Below, one piece after another: positions 1-8,894 of a DNA stretch of 64,000 bases. Position numbers and translations under genes: made by a program. Origin of the DNA: an uncultured Gammaproteobacteria bacterium (GTDB taxonomy: Bacteria > Patescibacteriota > Patescibacteriia > UBA1558 > 2-01-FULL-52-15); assembly GCA_964402565.1 (NCBI GenBank), contig CAYOCJ010000001.1, positions 416,079 to 480,078 on the forward strand, in the 5' to 3' direction. Positions within the stretch are counted from its first letter, which is position 1, and every line of letters starts with the position of its first letter. Below the pieces are notes generated by a model. That model was given only the letters and a program-made list of their open reading frames with translations. It had not been told where the DNA came from and made no database searches.

Positions 1-2
1 AG

Positions 3-833
3 ATCATCTTTAAAAAGTTGCAATTACCGTTAAAGAAACCGAACCTGAAACCATGGGCCCAGCTGGTACGCCGCGTGCATGCAAAGAAGAATTCGGTAAA
101 GATAGCTTTGGTCGGGAAATATACTGAAAACACTGATGCCTATATCAGCGTCATCGAAGCATTGAAATCAGCCTGTTATCACAGCAATGTCGATCTCGAG
201 CTTTTATGGGTTGCTGCTGTCGGCCTTGAAAAAAAGGATAAAACCGAATTTGCAAAATTAAAGAAGGCGCAAGGTATTGTAGTACCGGGTGGTTTCGGAG
301 GGCGCGGTATCGAGGGAAAGATCATTGCTGCTGAGTATGCCCGCGAGAATAAGATTCCGTATCTCGGATTGTGCCTGGGCATGCAGATCGCGACCATTGA
401 ATTTGCGCGTCATGCTGCAGGGCTTGCCGGGGCAAATTCGACTGAATTCGATGAGAAGACAAAATATCCGGTCATTCACATTTTGCCAGGCCAGGAATCA
501 ATAGAGGATAAGGGCGGCACGTTGCGTCTTGGATCGTACCCATGCATTTTAGACAGAAAATCGATCAGTTATAAAGCATATGGCAAACGCCGCATTGATG
601 AACGGCATCGGCACCGTTATGAGTTCAATATGGAGTACCGGGAGCTGCTCGAGAAAAAGGGGTATCTCATTGCAGGCATTTCACCTGACAAAAAACTTGT
701 CGAGATCATGGAGCTGAAAGGACATCCATTCTTCGTCGCATCACAATTCCACCCTGAATTCAAATCAAGGCCGCTCAGGCCGCATCCCTTGTTCTGGGAG
801 TTTGTAAAAACAATTACCAGGCTTGCAAAATAA
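3..833 (+). CDS. pyrG: CTP synthase, C-terminal glutaminase domain (5'-truncated by window edge)
   Basis: Motifs IALVGKY, VPGGFG, YLGLCLGMQ, ERHRHRYE and QFHPEFKSRP; frame is open back to the window start. Confidence 0.97.
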   Translation: MIFKKLQLPLKKPNLKPWAQLVRRVHAKKNSVKIALVGKYTENTDAYISVIEALKSACYHSNVDLELLWVAAVGLEKKDKTEFAKLKKAQGIVVPGGFGGRGIEGKIIAAEYARENKIPYLGLCLGMQIATIEFARHAAGLAGANSTEFDEKTKYPVIHILPGQESIEDKGGTLRLGSYPCILDRKSISYKAYGKRRIDERHRHRYEFNMEYRELLEKKGYLIAGISPDKKLVEIMELKGHPFFVASQFHPEFKSRPLRPHPLFWEFVKTITRLAK

Positions 834-847
834 ATGTGGGAATTAAC

Positions 848-891
848 CCATGAAAAATACCACCAACTGAAGTTGATGGTATTTTTCATGG
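848..891. terminator. Strong hairpin, probably the bidirectional terminator originally shared by pyrG and tRNA-Gln
   Basis: Perfect 15-bp inverted repeat CCATGAAAAATACCA (848-862) / TGGTATTTTTCATGG (877-891), plus inner CAACT/AGTTG. Confidence 0.85.
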
Positions 892-895
892 CTGG
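889..895 (+). repeat. Left attachment core TGGCTGG
   Basis: Identical to 11494-11500, the reverse complement of the tRNA 3' end CCAGCCA; followed by the same AGGGA and CGAAC motifs as the right site. Confidence 0.8.
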
Positions 896-996
896 CTTGG
901 AGGGACTATGTACGAACTGTTAGATGGGAGGACATGTTCCCTTATCCGAGCGTAGATTTGCAGCAGATGCAGGATTTACTGACGCTTGCTCGCTAA
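889..996 (+). other. Stored alternative 3' end of the integrase gene: WLAWRDYVRTVRWEDMFPYPSVDLQQMQDLLTLAR*
   Basis: 35 sense codons plus TAA, starting at the att core, in the same frame the core occupies in the integrase (codon 517). Confidence 0.75.
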
Positions 997-1355
997 TATC
1001 GTAGCATTTTCAAGCCCTTCTTGGGTAGGCGCTCAATGCGCCGATTTTTTATTTTGGGTGGTGGGTGTATGGGAATCGCGCCCGCGACTTTTCGCGGGGA
1101 CACCCTCACCAAGTTGGTATATTCCTGGGCTAAACCTTTCTTAGCTATAGGTATAGGTAATACAAAAGGGTGTATACGGATTGTAAGTGAATAGCATGGG
1201 AGTAGTAACAAAATAACTGCATGCTATCCAATACTACATGTATGTATCTGTCTTTTCATGTCGATTGATAACAAAAAACATGAAGTAGCATGACAAGGGG
1301 GTATCACCCTGTCTCTCTTGCAGAGTTTCGGCAGAGGAAAGTCAGAGCTTGCAGA

Positions 1356-1808
1356 CTAACTCCGCTTGGCTTGTTCTTTCTTCAGTCGTCGCCAGTCGTA
1401 GAAATCTATCTTCTTATTCTCTTCAACAAGAAAGACGTAGAGGTTTAGCTTATCTGCAACATTATAAGGCAACCGTCTTACTATCAAATCACGGAAGTTA
1501 GCTGGGAATCCGACACCGTATTTATAGCCGTATTTGTAGCCACGCTTTCCATCACTCTTCATCCGAGTGATTATTTGTCCAAGTGCCAGGTTGAAGTTTA
1601 CTTCACGATGCGAACGTGGATATTTCGCAGTTTTTGAAGCGTCACCCTTACACTCAATAAGCCAGTAGCGAGCGAACTTGTTGTTCCGCACTTTGATGTC
1701 CACGCCGTGCTCAGTCAGACCTTTACTTCGAAGGTTTCGGCTCCATCCTTTTCTGAATAGATACTCAATGATGTTGTCTTGAACAAACTTTTCTGTGAGT
1801 AATTTCAT
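1356..1808 (-). CDS. Small PD-(D/E)xK restriction-endonuclease-fold protein
   Basis: E..Q..I..YL...GW, GVDI, LIECKG and ALGQ pattern; 5 bp downstream of hsdM-S. Confidence 0.7.
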   Translation of the reverse strand: MKLLTEKFVQDNIIEYLFRKGWSRNLRSKGLTEHGVDIKVRNNKFARYWLIECKGDASKTAKYPRSHREVNFNLALGQIITRMKSDGKRGYKYGYKYGVGFPANFRDLIVRRLPYNVADKLNLYVFLVEENKKIDFYDWRRLKKEQAKRS

Positions 1809-1813
1809 GGTAA

Positions 1814-4231
1814 TTATTCACCCCAAATATCTACTATCTTCTTCTTTATCTTGTCTTCGTAAATATCAATCATTTTTCTTGCAGATAATGCGTGTGCTTG
1901 TTCATCTTTTACTTGGGCAACGATTCTTTTTTGAACCTCCAGGCTTGGTAGAGGGATAGAGAGGTGCTTTAGTGCGTTTCCATTGAATTGAGGTTGTACT
2001 CCGCCAGTCACTAATACTTTTGCCTGATTCCAATAATCACTCGTTTGAGCAAATGCCCAATAATACTCTGGAAGAATCTTGGTCGTGTCGAGAATAAGAC
2101 GAATAAGGAATGAAGCAAACACTGCGGGATATTCTTCGCTAAAAATCATTGTCTTACCGTATGTTGCTCCCGTGCGAGCAACCAAGACGTCACCTGCATG
2201 TAATTGATATGGTTGTGATGCTTTAGTGATATTCACATATTTTTCGCCGTCTGCCCTCAAGTGTCCGTCGTTGCTGATGTCAGTAATTCGGATGTATCGA
2301 GCATCTCCTTTAGATTTTGCTGTTTCAGTGTATCCATATTCCATTTTGGCAATCTCGCCCAACTTCTTCCTTTCCCATGACGCATCAAATCCTATAGATG
2401 GCTTGTGATGTTCAATAACTTGATTAGCTCCGTCAATAACTTTCTGATAACTATCGAACTCTGCAATAATTTGCCTCTGCACATCAATTGGAGGTACGGG
2501 AATCCTAATTTTCGCCAAATCTTTTGGGTAAACATGAGGTTGTCCACCGCCTTGTTGGAAACTGTACAGATATTCCTGTTTTGCTTTTAGTAGGTAATAA
2601 GCAAAACGAGTCAATAAAATTGCTTCGTTTTTTGACTGAATCGTTGTGCAATCAGAAGCAAAGATTGGCTCAGAGAAGTAATTTACGAATCCTGCATATG
2701 CACCAGACGCACTTACTGTTATCACATTTCCAGCTCGATTCGAGACATCGTGGTAATAAGCAGGTTGCTGTCCACCAGCAATCACAGGAACGTTACCGCT
2801 CGCGGTCTGCTTTTTTGTAATCGCACTACCTTTTCTAACTTCACACAAATCATTTATCGCTACGTCGTCCCACTGTCTATTCACAATTTTTAGTGGGAGG
2901 TACTTTTCTCCAGTGAGATTAGATTCGTCATTATCTGCAATTTTCTTTTTGCTTATCGTCCAAGCAAATAAGTTATCCTTTTTTATGGAGATTCTTTTTT
3001 TGTTCAATATCGATTCCTTGTGGGCTTTCAGTATCTCAAGTGCGTGTGGTAAGTCGTTTTTGTCTATAGGTTTTCTTTGTGCGCCCAAATCAAAACCATC
3101 GTTGAGAACTTTCAAGAAAAGTATCTCCTTCGATTGTTTTGATAACTGATTGTCGAAGAACAGTATGCTGGTTTTGACTCCCGCATATGGATTGAATACG
3201 CCGCCTGGCAAAGATACAACAGCGTAAAGTCCATCTGCGACAAGCAACTTGCGCAATTGTTTATATGCACCAGCAGACTGGAAAATAACTCCTTCAGGAA
3301 CGATAATGCCCGCACGTCCTTTGTTGTTGAGATGTTCCATTATGTAATCAACAAACAAAACTTCGGCGCGGTTCGCTTGCACCATAAAACGTTTGTGAGG
3401 TCGAATGCCACCTTTCGGACTCATAAACGGAGGATTTGCCATCATTACATCAAAACGTTCATTCCAGCGTTCGTCACTCGTGAGAGTATCGTATTCGTGA
3501 ATACTGGGACTTGGTGAGCCATGCAAGTACATGTTTACGAGAGAAAGTTTGACCATATCTGGTGAAATATCGTACCCAGTAAGATTACTCATCAAGCGTT
3601 TCTTTTCGTCTGGCGTGAGCCGTTTCTTCTCGTTTGCTTTCAGAATATGTTTGTAGGCAGAAATAAGAAACCCTGCCGTGCCGCAAGCTGGGTCAAGGAT
3701 AGTTTCATCTTTTTTGGGGTCTATTACTTCAACAATAAAATCGATAATGTGGCGCGGTGTGCGAAATTGCCCTGCTTCACCTTGAGACCCCAAAATTGAA
3801 AGTAAGTATTCAAAAGCATCGCCCAAGTTTTCGCTGTGGTCGTATGAAAATCCGTTTATCTCCTTCAAGAAAAGGTTGAGTGTTTGCGGGTCACGGTATG
3901 GTAAGTAGGCATCCTTGAAGACATCACGGAAGAGTTGCGGCAGATGGGGGTTGGTGGACATCTTTCTAATTGCTTCCTCATAAAGATTCAAGCGTTCTTG
4001 TCCGCCAAGTTTCGCATCCATCAATTTACTCCAACTGTATTTACCAAATCCATTCGTGAAGAATTGTGTCTTGCCTTTTGGTAGAGAAGCGGATTGCAAA
4101 TCCATATCATCCATAAACTTATAGATGAGTGCAGTTGTAATCTGTTCAACTTGCGCTTTTGGGTCAGGAACTTTACCCACGAGAATATCCCGCGCTGTAT
4201 CAATTTTTCGTTTTGTTTCTTGTGTCAACAT
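1814..4231 (-). CDS. Type I RM N6-adenine methyltransferase fused to the specificity subunit (HsdM-HsdS)
   Basis: GQFRTPRH, DPACGTAGFL and NPPF motifs, then two HsdS TRD repeats (IPVPPIDVQRQII, IPLPSLEVQKRIV). Confidence 0.92.
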   Translation of the reverse strand: MLTQETKRKIDTARDILVGKVPDPKAQVEQITTALIYKFMDDMDLQSASLPKGKTQFFTNGFGKYSWSKLMDAKLGGQERLNLYEEAIRKMSTNPHLPQLFRDVFKDAYLPYRDPQTLNLFLKEINGFSYDHSENLGDAFEYLLSILGSQGEAGQFRTPRHIIDFIVEVIDPKKDETILDPACGTAGFLISAYKHILKANEKKRLTPDEKKRLMSNLTGYDISPDMVKLSLVNMYLHGSPSPSIHEYDTLTSDERWNERFDVMMANPPFMSPKGGIRPHKRFMVQANRAEVLFVDYIMEHLNNKGRAGIIVPEGVIFQSAGAYKQLRKLLVADGLYAVVSLPGGVFNPYAGVKTSILFFDNQLSKQSKEILFLKVLNDGFDLGAQRKPIDKNDLPHALEILKAHKESILNKKRISIKKDNLFAWTISKKKIADNDESNLTGEKYLPLKIVNRQWDDVAINDLCEVRKGSAITKKQTASGNVPVIAGGQQPAYYHDVSNRAGNVITVSASGAYAGFVNYFSEPIFASDCTTIQSKNEAILLTRFAYYLLKAKQEYLYSFQQGGGQPHVYPKDLAKIRIPVPPIDVQRQIIAEFDSYQKVIDGANQVIEHHKPSIGFDASWERKKLGEIAKMEYGYTETAKSKGDARYIRITDISNDGHLRADGEKYVNITKASQPYQLHAGDVLVARTGATYGKTMIFSEEYPAVFASFLIRLILDTTKILPEYYWAFAQTSDYWNQAKVLVTGGVQPQFNGNALKHLSIPLPSLEVQKRIVAQVKDEQAHALSARKMIDIYEDKIKKKIVDIWGE

Positions 4232-4233
4232 AA

Positions 4234-6750
4234 TTACATGTATGCGTTTAGAGAAACGTAGTCCTTCACGTATTCTGGTATGCGCTCAATCCAGCCATTT
4301 AGTTCCTGGAGGTCAGCAAATGTGAGTTTTGGATTGGTTGCAAGTCGGGTGTATTCTCCCTTTTCGATAATGTCTCTGATTTCGTTGTCAGTAATATACG
4401 CCTTCAAGTAGTTCTTGATTGGCATAACATATTTATTTTCGGGTTTATTGATGGCAACGAATTGCTCAAACTCATTTTCAAGCAAGTCGTCCTTTGATTT
4501 GAAGTTAGTGATGCCGCCGAATGCCTTTTCAATAAACTCGCGGATGCCGATACGACGGTCTGCTTTCACTGATTTACGCAACTTCTCCAGGCTGAAATAA
4601 TCTTCGGGCTTATTGAAGATATTGTCTTTCACGTAGTTCTCGATGGTTGCCAAGTCTCCCTCTTCGTATTTTTGCTTGATGAACGAATCTTCTTTGACTA
4701 CCGCTTCAAACCTTTCGAAAAGTTTTCGGTCTATTTTCATCCCTTCAACACCCACTGCTGTTTCAGAAAACGTCTTGAGAGGGTCAGGTTGAGTGATAAT
4801 GATTTCATCAATGTTCACACCTTCGCCACCCTCTTCACCTCCAGTACCTATCTTTGGTGGAAGTCGCAAAACTTCATCATAGTCATACTTCTCTTCAAAG
4901 TATTCACAGTTAGCAAAGAAATCAAAAAGCTTGAACTTATCTTTTGGCACAGAAGCGGTCTCAAGCTCTCCATCATCTTTTTGTTGATGATTGAAGGTGT
5001 ATTTACGCGTACCTCGTCCTTTTATTTGAATAAAATCAGTTGGCGAGAATATAGGGCGCATTAGGCACACGTTCAAAATATCCTCACAATCATATCCAGT
5101 AGTCATCATCCCCACAGTTACACAAACACGAGTTTTGCTTGAAAGATAACCTTCAAGAAACTTAGAGTGTCCGTTGAGGTTATTGTTTGCAAAACTGATA
5201 GTGAAGGATTGTGCATCTGAAATGTTTGAGCTGACTTGCACGGCAAAATCCGAGTTATATTTCCCAGGATAAAGTTGTTCGGCAAACTGGTTGAGTATCT
5301 GAGTAACTTTTGAAGCGTGTTTTTGGCTTACACAGAACACAATGGTTTTCCCAATTTCTCCAGTAATGGGGTCTTTGATTGCATTCTCAACAAAAGTTTT
5401 GCAGAAAATCTGATTAGTCTTATCAGAAAAAAACTTTCTCTCAAAATCTGTATGGAAGAAGGATTGCTCTTCTTCTTTTCCTTCCTCGTCTTCAACCATC
5501 ATCGCGTAACCCTTTTCTGAAAGAAGCTCTGTGGTTATTTCTGTGCGAGCATCAGCAACCACTGGATTTACCAGATAGCCATCTTTGACTCCATCAAGCA
5601 ACGTGTAGCGAAAAGTTGGCTCGCCAGTTTCGCAACCAAAAGTTTTATATGTATCAAAAAGCTGGCGACGTTCCCACGCACGAGGGTCTTTGGAGTTCAA
5701 TTTTTCTGGGTCTATACCTTTCAGATAGTTTTTTGGTGTTGCTGTAAGACCAAGCTTATAGCCCACAAAGTATTCGAACACCGCACGACTGTTGCCACCA
5801 ATAGAACGATGGGCTTCGTCGGAAATAAGAAGGTCAAAATCCGTTGGAGAAAAAAGTTTCTGATACTTATTATTGAAAGAAAGACTTTGAACAGTAGAGA
5901 CGACAATTTCCGCCTTGCGCCAGTCATCCTTATTCTCTTTATAGACGACAGCAGTGTAATCCTTCGAGAGCCATTTCTTGAAGTTCTTTGCTGCCTGGTC
6001 TTCCAGTTCAAGACGGTCAACGAGGAATAAGATGCGCTTGGCATTCCCTGACTTCAAGAACAATTTGATGACTGCTGCCGAAACCAGCGTTTTGCCCGTC
6101 CCTGTTGCCATTTCAAATAGGAAACGGTCATTGCCACCTCCTGCGGCTTCCTGAAGGGCTTTTATGGCACGTAGCTGGTATGGGCGAAGTAGTTTTAGTC
6201 CTTCCGCATCAATAAAACTTTGCTTTTGAGAGTCATCTGACCATCGAGGGTCGTTTTGATAATCCGCTTTCTGCGTAAGTGCAATGTAGTCACTTTCAAC
6301 TTGCTCTTCTGCTAATCGTTTTGAATCAGGTTTGAATGCTTCAAAATGCTGGAGTGAGTCTGGTGTTGGAAATTGAATAATAACAGTAGGATTGCCGCGC
6401 TCTAAATCCCAGAAGTAATGCAAATTGCCGTTTGAAAGAATAACAAAGCGTACATTGAGTGATTGCGCATAGCGCCGCGCCTGTTCTTTTCCATCAAGAG
6501 GGTCTTTGTCTTCAGACTTTGCCTCAAGCACCACATACGGAAAGCCCTTATCGTCGGAAAGAAGAAAATCTATAAATCCGTTCTTGGTTTTTTCGAAGTT
6601 ATTACCAAGTTCATCAATTCCTGGTTTAGTCAGTTTTACGTTTGGCTCAAGAGTGATGTTTGCCTTACCATTTTCGTCGTCGAAAAACCTCCAGCCTGAC
6701 TTCTGGAGAAGGTCATTTATTTTTATTCGTGCTTTAGCTTCTTTTTGCAT
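4234..6750 (-). CDS. hsdR: Type I restriction endonuclease subunit R (EcoAI/EcoEI-like)
   Basis: N-terminal D..L...EAK and QARRY nuclease motifs; Walker A MATGTGKT; DEAH; GLTATP; QIKGRGTR. Confidence 0.93.
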   Translation of the reverse strand: MQKEAKARIKINDLLQKSGWRFFDDENGKANITLEPNVKLTKPGIDELGNNFEKTKNGFIDFLLSDDKGFPYVVLEAKSEDKDPLDGKEQARRYAQSLNVRFVILSNGNLHYFWDLERGNPTVIIQFPTPDSLQHFEAFKPDSKRLAEEQVESDYIALTQKADYQNDPRWSDDSQKQSFIDAEGLKLLRPYQLRAIKALQEAAGGGNDRFLFEMATGTGKTLVSAAVIKLFLKSGNAKRILFLVDRLELEDQAAKNFKKWLSKDYTAVVYKENKDDWRKAEIVVSTVQSLSFNNKYQKLFSPTDFDLLISDEAHRSIGGNSRAVFEYFVGYKLGLTATPKNYLKGIDPEKLNSKDPRAWERRQLFDTYKTFGCETGEPTFRYTLLDGVKDGYLVNPVVADARTEITTELLSEKGYAMMVEDEEGKEEEQSFFHTDFERKFFSDKTNQIFCKTFVENAIKDPITGEIGKTIVFCVSQKHASKVTQILNQFAEQLYPGKYNSDFAVQVSSNISDAQSFTISFANNNLNGHSKFLEGYLSSKTRVCVTVGMMTTGYDCEDILNVCLMRPIFSPTDFIQIKGRGTRKYTFNHQQKDDGELETASVPKDKFKLFDFFANCEYFEEKYDYDEVLRLPPKIGTGGEEGGEGVNIDEIIITQPDPLKTFSETAVGVEGMKIDRKLFERFEAVVKEDSFIKQKYEEGDLATIENYVKDNIFNKPEDYFSLEKLRKSVKADRRIGIREFIEKAFGGITNFKSKDDLLENEFEQFVAINKPENKYVMPIKNYLKAYITDNEIRDIIEKGEYTRLATNPKLTFADLQELNGWIERIPEYVKDYVSLNAYM

Positions 6751-6779
6751 TGTTCATTTTCATCTTCATTGTGGTGAGC

Positions 6780-6965
6780 CTACTTTCTCTTCTTCTTCCG
6801 AAAGCTGGACTCAATAAAGCCGTCGAGGTCTTCTTTACGAAAACGCCAACGACCTATCCACGCTGCTTTTATTTTTTCTTCGTGAAGATAACGGAACAAA
6901 GTCCGCTCTCCAACGTCGAGATATTTAGCAGCTTCCTGCAAAGTCAGAAACTCTTTTCTTTTCAT
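6780..6965 (-). CDS. Excisionase-family (HTH_17/MerR-like) DNA-binding protein heading the RM operon
   Basis: FLTLQEAAKYLDVGERTLFRYL...GRWRFRKEDLDGF. Confidence 0.88.
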   Translation of the reverse strand: MKRKEFLTLQEAAKYLDVGERTLFRYLHEEKIKAAWIGRWRFRKEDLDGFIESSFRKKKRK

Positions 6966-6974
6966 ACTTTGTAA

Positions 6975-7035
6975 TACTTATAGTGTAGCCGTTTTTTGAC
7001 ATCATGGCAAGAAATGGCAAGTTCTGATAAAATGA
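6975..7035. promoter_or_regulatory. Overlapping divergent promoters with tandem ATGGCAAG repeats
   Basis: Minus strand TTGCCA-N17-TACACT toward the HTH gene; plus strand TG-n-TAAAAT before the ORF at 7043; ATGGCAAG occurs twice. Confidence 0.55.
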
Positions 7036-7042
7036 TTTTACG

Positions 7043-7756
7043 ATGTATATGGGAATGACTTTAGAAGAAAAAGATGCTTTGCTCGCCAGTGTTATTGAAG
7101 AACACTATGCGACTCAAAAACATAATCCTACCTGTGTGCCTGTTGTCCATCTTCGAGACAAAGGTTTTGATGTTTCTGATACTCGCAATGGTTTGTGGCG
7201 TCTAAAAGAAAAAGGTGTGGTAAAAAGTTATCAACACGGCTGGGGTTTTCTTGAGCTTCAGAACAGTAAAAAGGTTTTTGTAAGGACAAGAACTGAAGAG
7301 CCTGATGACGGTAGCGACGATTTTGAGGCATACAGCGTTGAAATTGATACTAAAAAGCTTGAGCACACTGCATCCCAAAAACCAAACAGAGCGGCAAAAA
7401 AAGAAGTAGTTGATTTTGATACTCTAAATGCCGCTATTCACTTCGGAAAGAAGCATTACACATTCCAAAAAGGACGTGATAATCAAGTACGCTTGAAATT
7501 GTTTAGAGACCTCTGGGAGAGAAGAGAGGTCATCTATAATAATAAAGTAACGAGAAAAGGAGAACCCTTCCCTCCAGGTGCAATAGCCACACGAATTGGC
7601 TTGGTTGATAGTGCGCAAGGTTTTGAAAGAAACAAGGAAGCAAAGAGCAAGTTGGACACACTAATAAAAAACCTGGAGACAAACCTTCAAAGAGGAGGTA
7701 TTCCAATACGCATATACAAAAGAGGTGGAATCAAACTAATAGCAGGCGCGAAATAA
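7043..7756 (+). CDS. Hypothetical protein, probable winged-helix transcriptional regulator
   Basis: 237-aa ORF divergent from the HTH_17 gene; helix patterns (NGLWRLKEKGVV; LDTLIKNLETNL...IRIYKRGGIKL) suggest wHTH domains. Confidence 0.55.
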   Translation: MYMGMTLEEKDALLASVIEEHYATQKHNPTCVPVVHLRDKGFDVSDTRNGLWRLKEKGVVKSYQHGWGFLELQNSKKVFVRTRTEEPDDGSDDFEAYSVEIDTKKLEHTASQKPNRAAKKEVVDFDTLNAAIHFGKKHYTFQKGRDNQVRLKLFRDLWERREVIYNNKVTRKGEPFPPGAIATRIGLVDSAQGFERNKEAKSKLDTLIKNLETNLQRGGIPIRIYKRGGIKLIAGAK

Positions 7757-7766
7757 GCTTCAAATA

Positions 7767-7800
7767 GAGCACCCCCGAATAGACGGGAGTGTTTTGTTTT
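7767..7800 (+). terminator. Probable intrinsic terminator
   Basis: GAGCACCCCCG...CGGGAGTGTTT hairpin followed by a T-rich tract. Confidence 0.5.
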
Positions 7801-7813
7801 GTGGAAAAAATAA

Positions 7814-7833
7814 GGGTGCATTATTTTGCACCC
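7814..7833. promoter_or_regulatory. Palindromic operator candidate GGGTGCA-N6-TGCACCC
   Basis: Perfect 7-bp arms upstream of the 7869 operon. Confidence 0.5.
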
Positions 7834-7868
7834 CTCTTCCAAATAAGACACTCAGTCAGAATGTGTGC

Positions 7869-8111
7869 ATGGAAGATAGAAATGTAGAAGTAAGCGATTT
7901 GGGTCTGGCGTCGCTCTTGGCGACACTCCAGTTTGAGTTGGTCGGTCTGGAGCGCGTGAATACGAAGCGCATAAACTTCGTCTTCAAATACGCTGACGGA
8001 ATCCAAAGAGTTATAGATGATTTTTGGGCTGATGCCAAAGTAACTGTGCAAGCACAGAGTCTTTTTCATACACAAAAAACACTCAAGAATCGTCTTTACG
8101 CCCTCAAGTAG
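7869..8111 (+). CDS. Small DUF5659-like protein of mobile elements
   Basis: SDLGLASLL...FELVGLER...FVF...F..QK.LKNRLY pattern; ATG at 7869 preferred over TTG at 7794. Confidence 0.65.
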   Translation: MEDRNVEVSDLGLASLLATLQFELVGLERVNTKRINFVFKYADGIQRVIDDFWADAKVTVQAQSLFHTQKTLKNRLYALK

Positions 8112-8270
8112 ATGGAACTCACAGATGTACAACTCAAGCTACTTCGAGAGCCGTTTGAGGAAGCAGGGGCACTCAAAGGACTTACCTATGAAGAAATAAA
8201 AAAACTTCTTGAAGAGATTGCAGAAGTGTACATCGTATTGGCTAACGAAAATCTGCTTGCAAAGAAATGA
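8112..8270 (+). CDS. 52-aa hypothetical protein MELTDVQLKLLREPFEEAGALKGLTYEEIKKLLEEIAEVYIVLANENLLAKK (not in the ORF track)
   Basis: ATG abuts the upstream TAG; its TGA overlaps the next ATG (ATGA), indicating translational coupling. Confidence 0.7.
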   Translation: MELTDVQLKLLREPFEEAGALKGLTYEEIKKLLEEIAEVYIVLANENLLAKK

Positions 8271-8866
8271 ATATGAAAAAGAAAACGAAAATCCCACTCT
8301 ATACAACTGAAGTAGAACCTGAAGACTATACACCGTTTTCAATGGTGTTCGCCTCCGTTTGGAAAGCCTACGATGCAGGTGAAATCAATCCTGAAAAGCT
8401 ACTGCTTTTTCTCAACCTCTATCGAGGTGTGAACCCCCACAACGGGTATGGATTTACGAGTTATGCCGAGCTGTGCCTACGTCTCAAACGAAGGTCAACA
8501 AAACTGGACGAGAATGCAATGAATAAGCTCATGGTGTCATTGCGAGATGATAACCACCTTGTGTGGTTTCCCCAGCATAGCGGAAGCAGAGAGTTTCCTT
8601 ACGTTTTAGCAAAGTTCAAGTTGGCTCAAATAAACAGCAAGGACAAGGAGAAATGGATAGACATCAAGCAGTATTTTCAGAGCAAAAATCAGAGCATCAG
8701 CAGAGCTTATGAACCTTCTTTACCCAGCACTCCACCAGAACCTCCACCGAGGCAACCTATGTCAGAGCAGAGGTTAGAAAGGTCGAATGGTGAATCAATT
8801 ACAAGCATAAAAGAGGATTTGGATAGACGTTATGGCAGACCTCCCCAGACGAATACCGAGTCATAG
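8267..8866 (+). CDS. Hypothetical protein, putative replication initiator N-terminal wHTH
   Basis: Helix-rich N-terminus (LLLFLNLY...FTSYAELCLRL) plus P/S-rich linker, as in phage replisome organisers; position in the element. Confidence 0.5.
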   Translation: MNMKKKTKIPLYTTEVEPEDYTPFSMVFASVWKAYDAGEINPEKLLLFLNLYRGVNPHNGYGFTSYAELCLRLKRRSTKLDENAMNKLMVSLRDDNHLVWFPQHSGSREFPYVLAKFKLAQINSKDKEKWIDIKQYFQSKNQSISRAYEPSLPSTPPEPPPRQPMSEQRLERSNGESITSIKEDLDRRYGRPPQTNTES

Positions 8867-8894
8867 ACATAGACAGATTCGATTATAAAAAATT

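Noticed and set aside
979-996. Stored integrase tail ending LTLAR as an ssrA-like degron
   Set aside because: It ends in Arg rather than the Ala-Ala required of ClpX C-motif 1; not supportable from sequence.
993-1211. 72-aa minus-strand ORF at the island's left end
   Set aside because: TTG start, no motifs, and it overlaps the inverted-repeat region; more likely non-coding.
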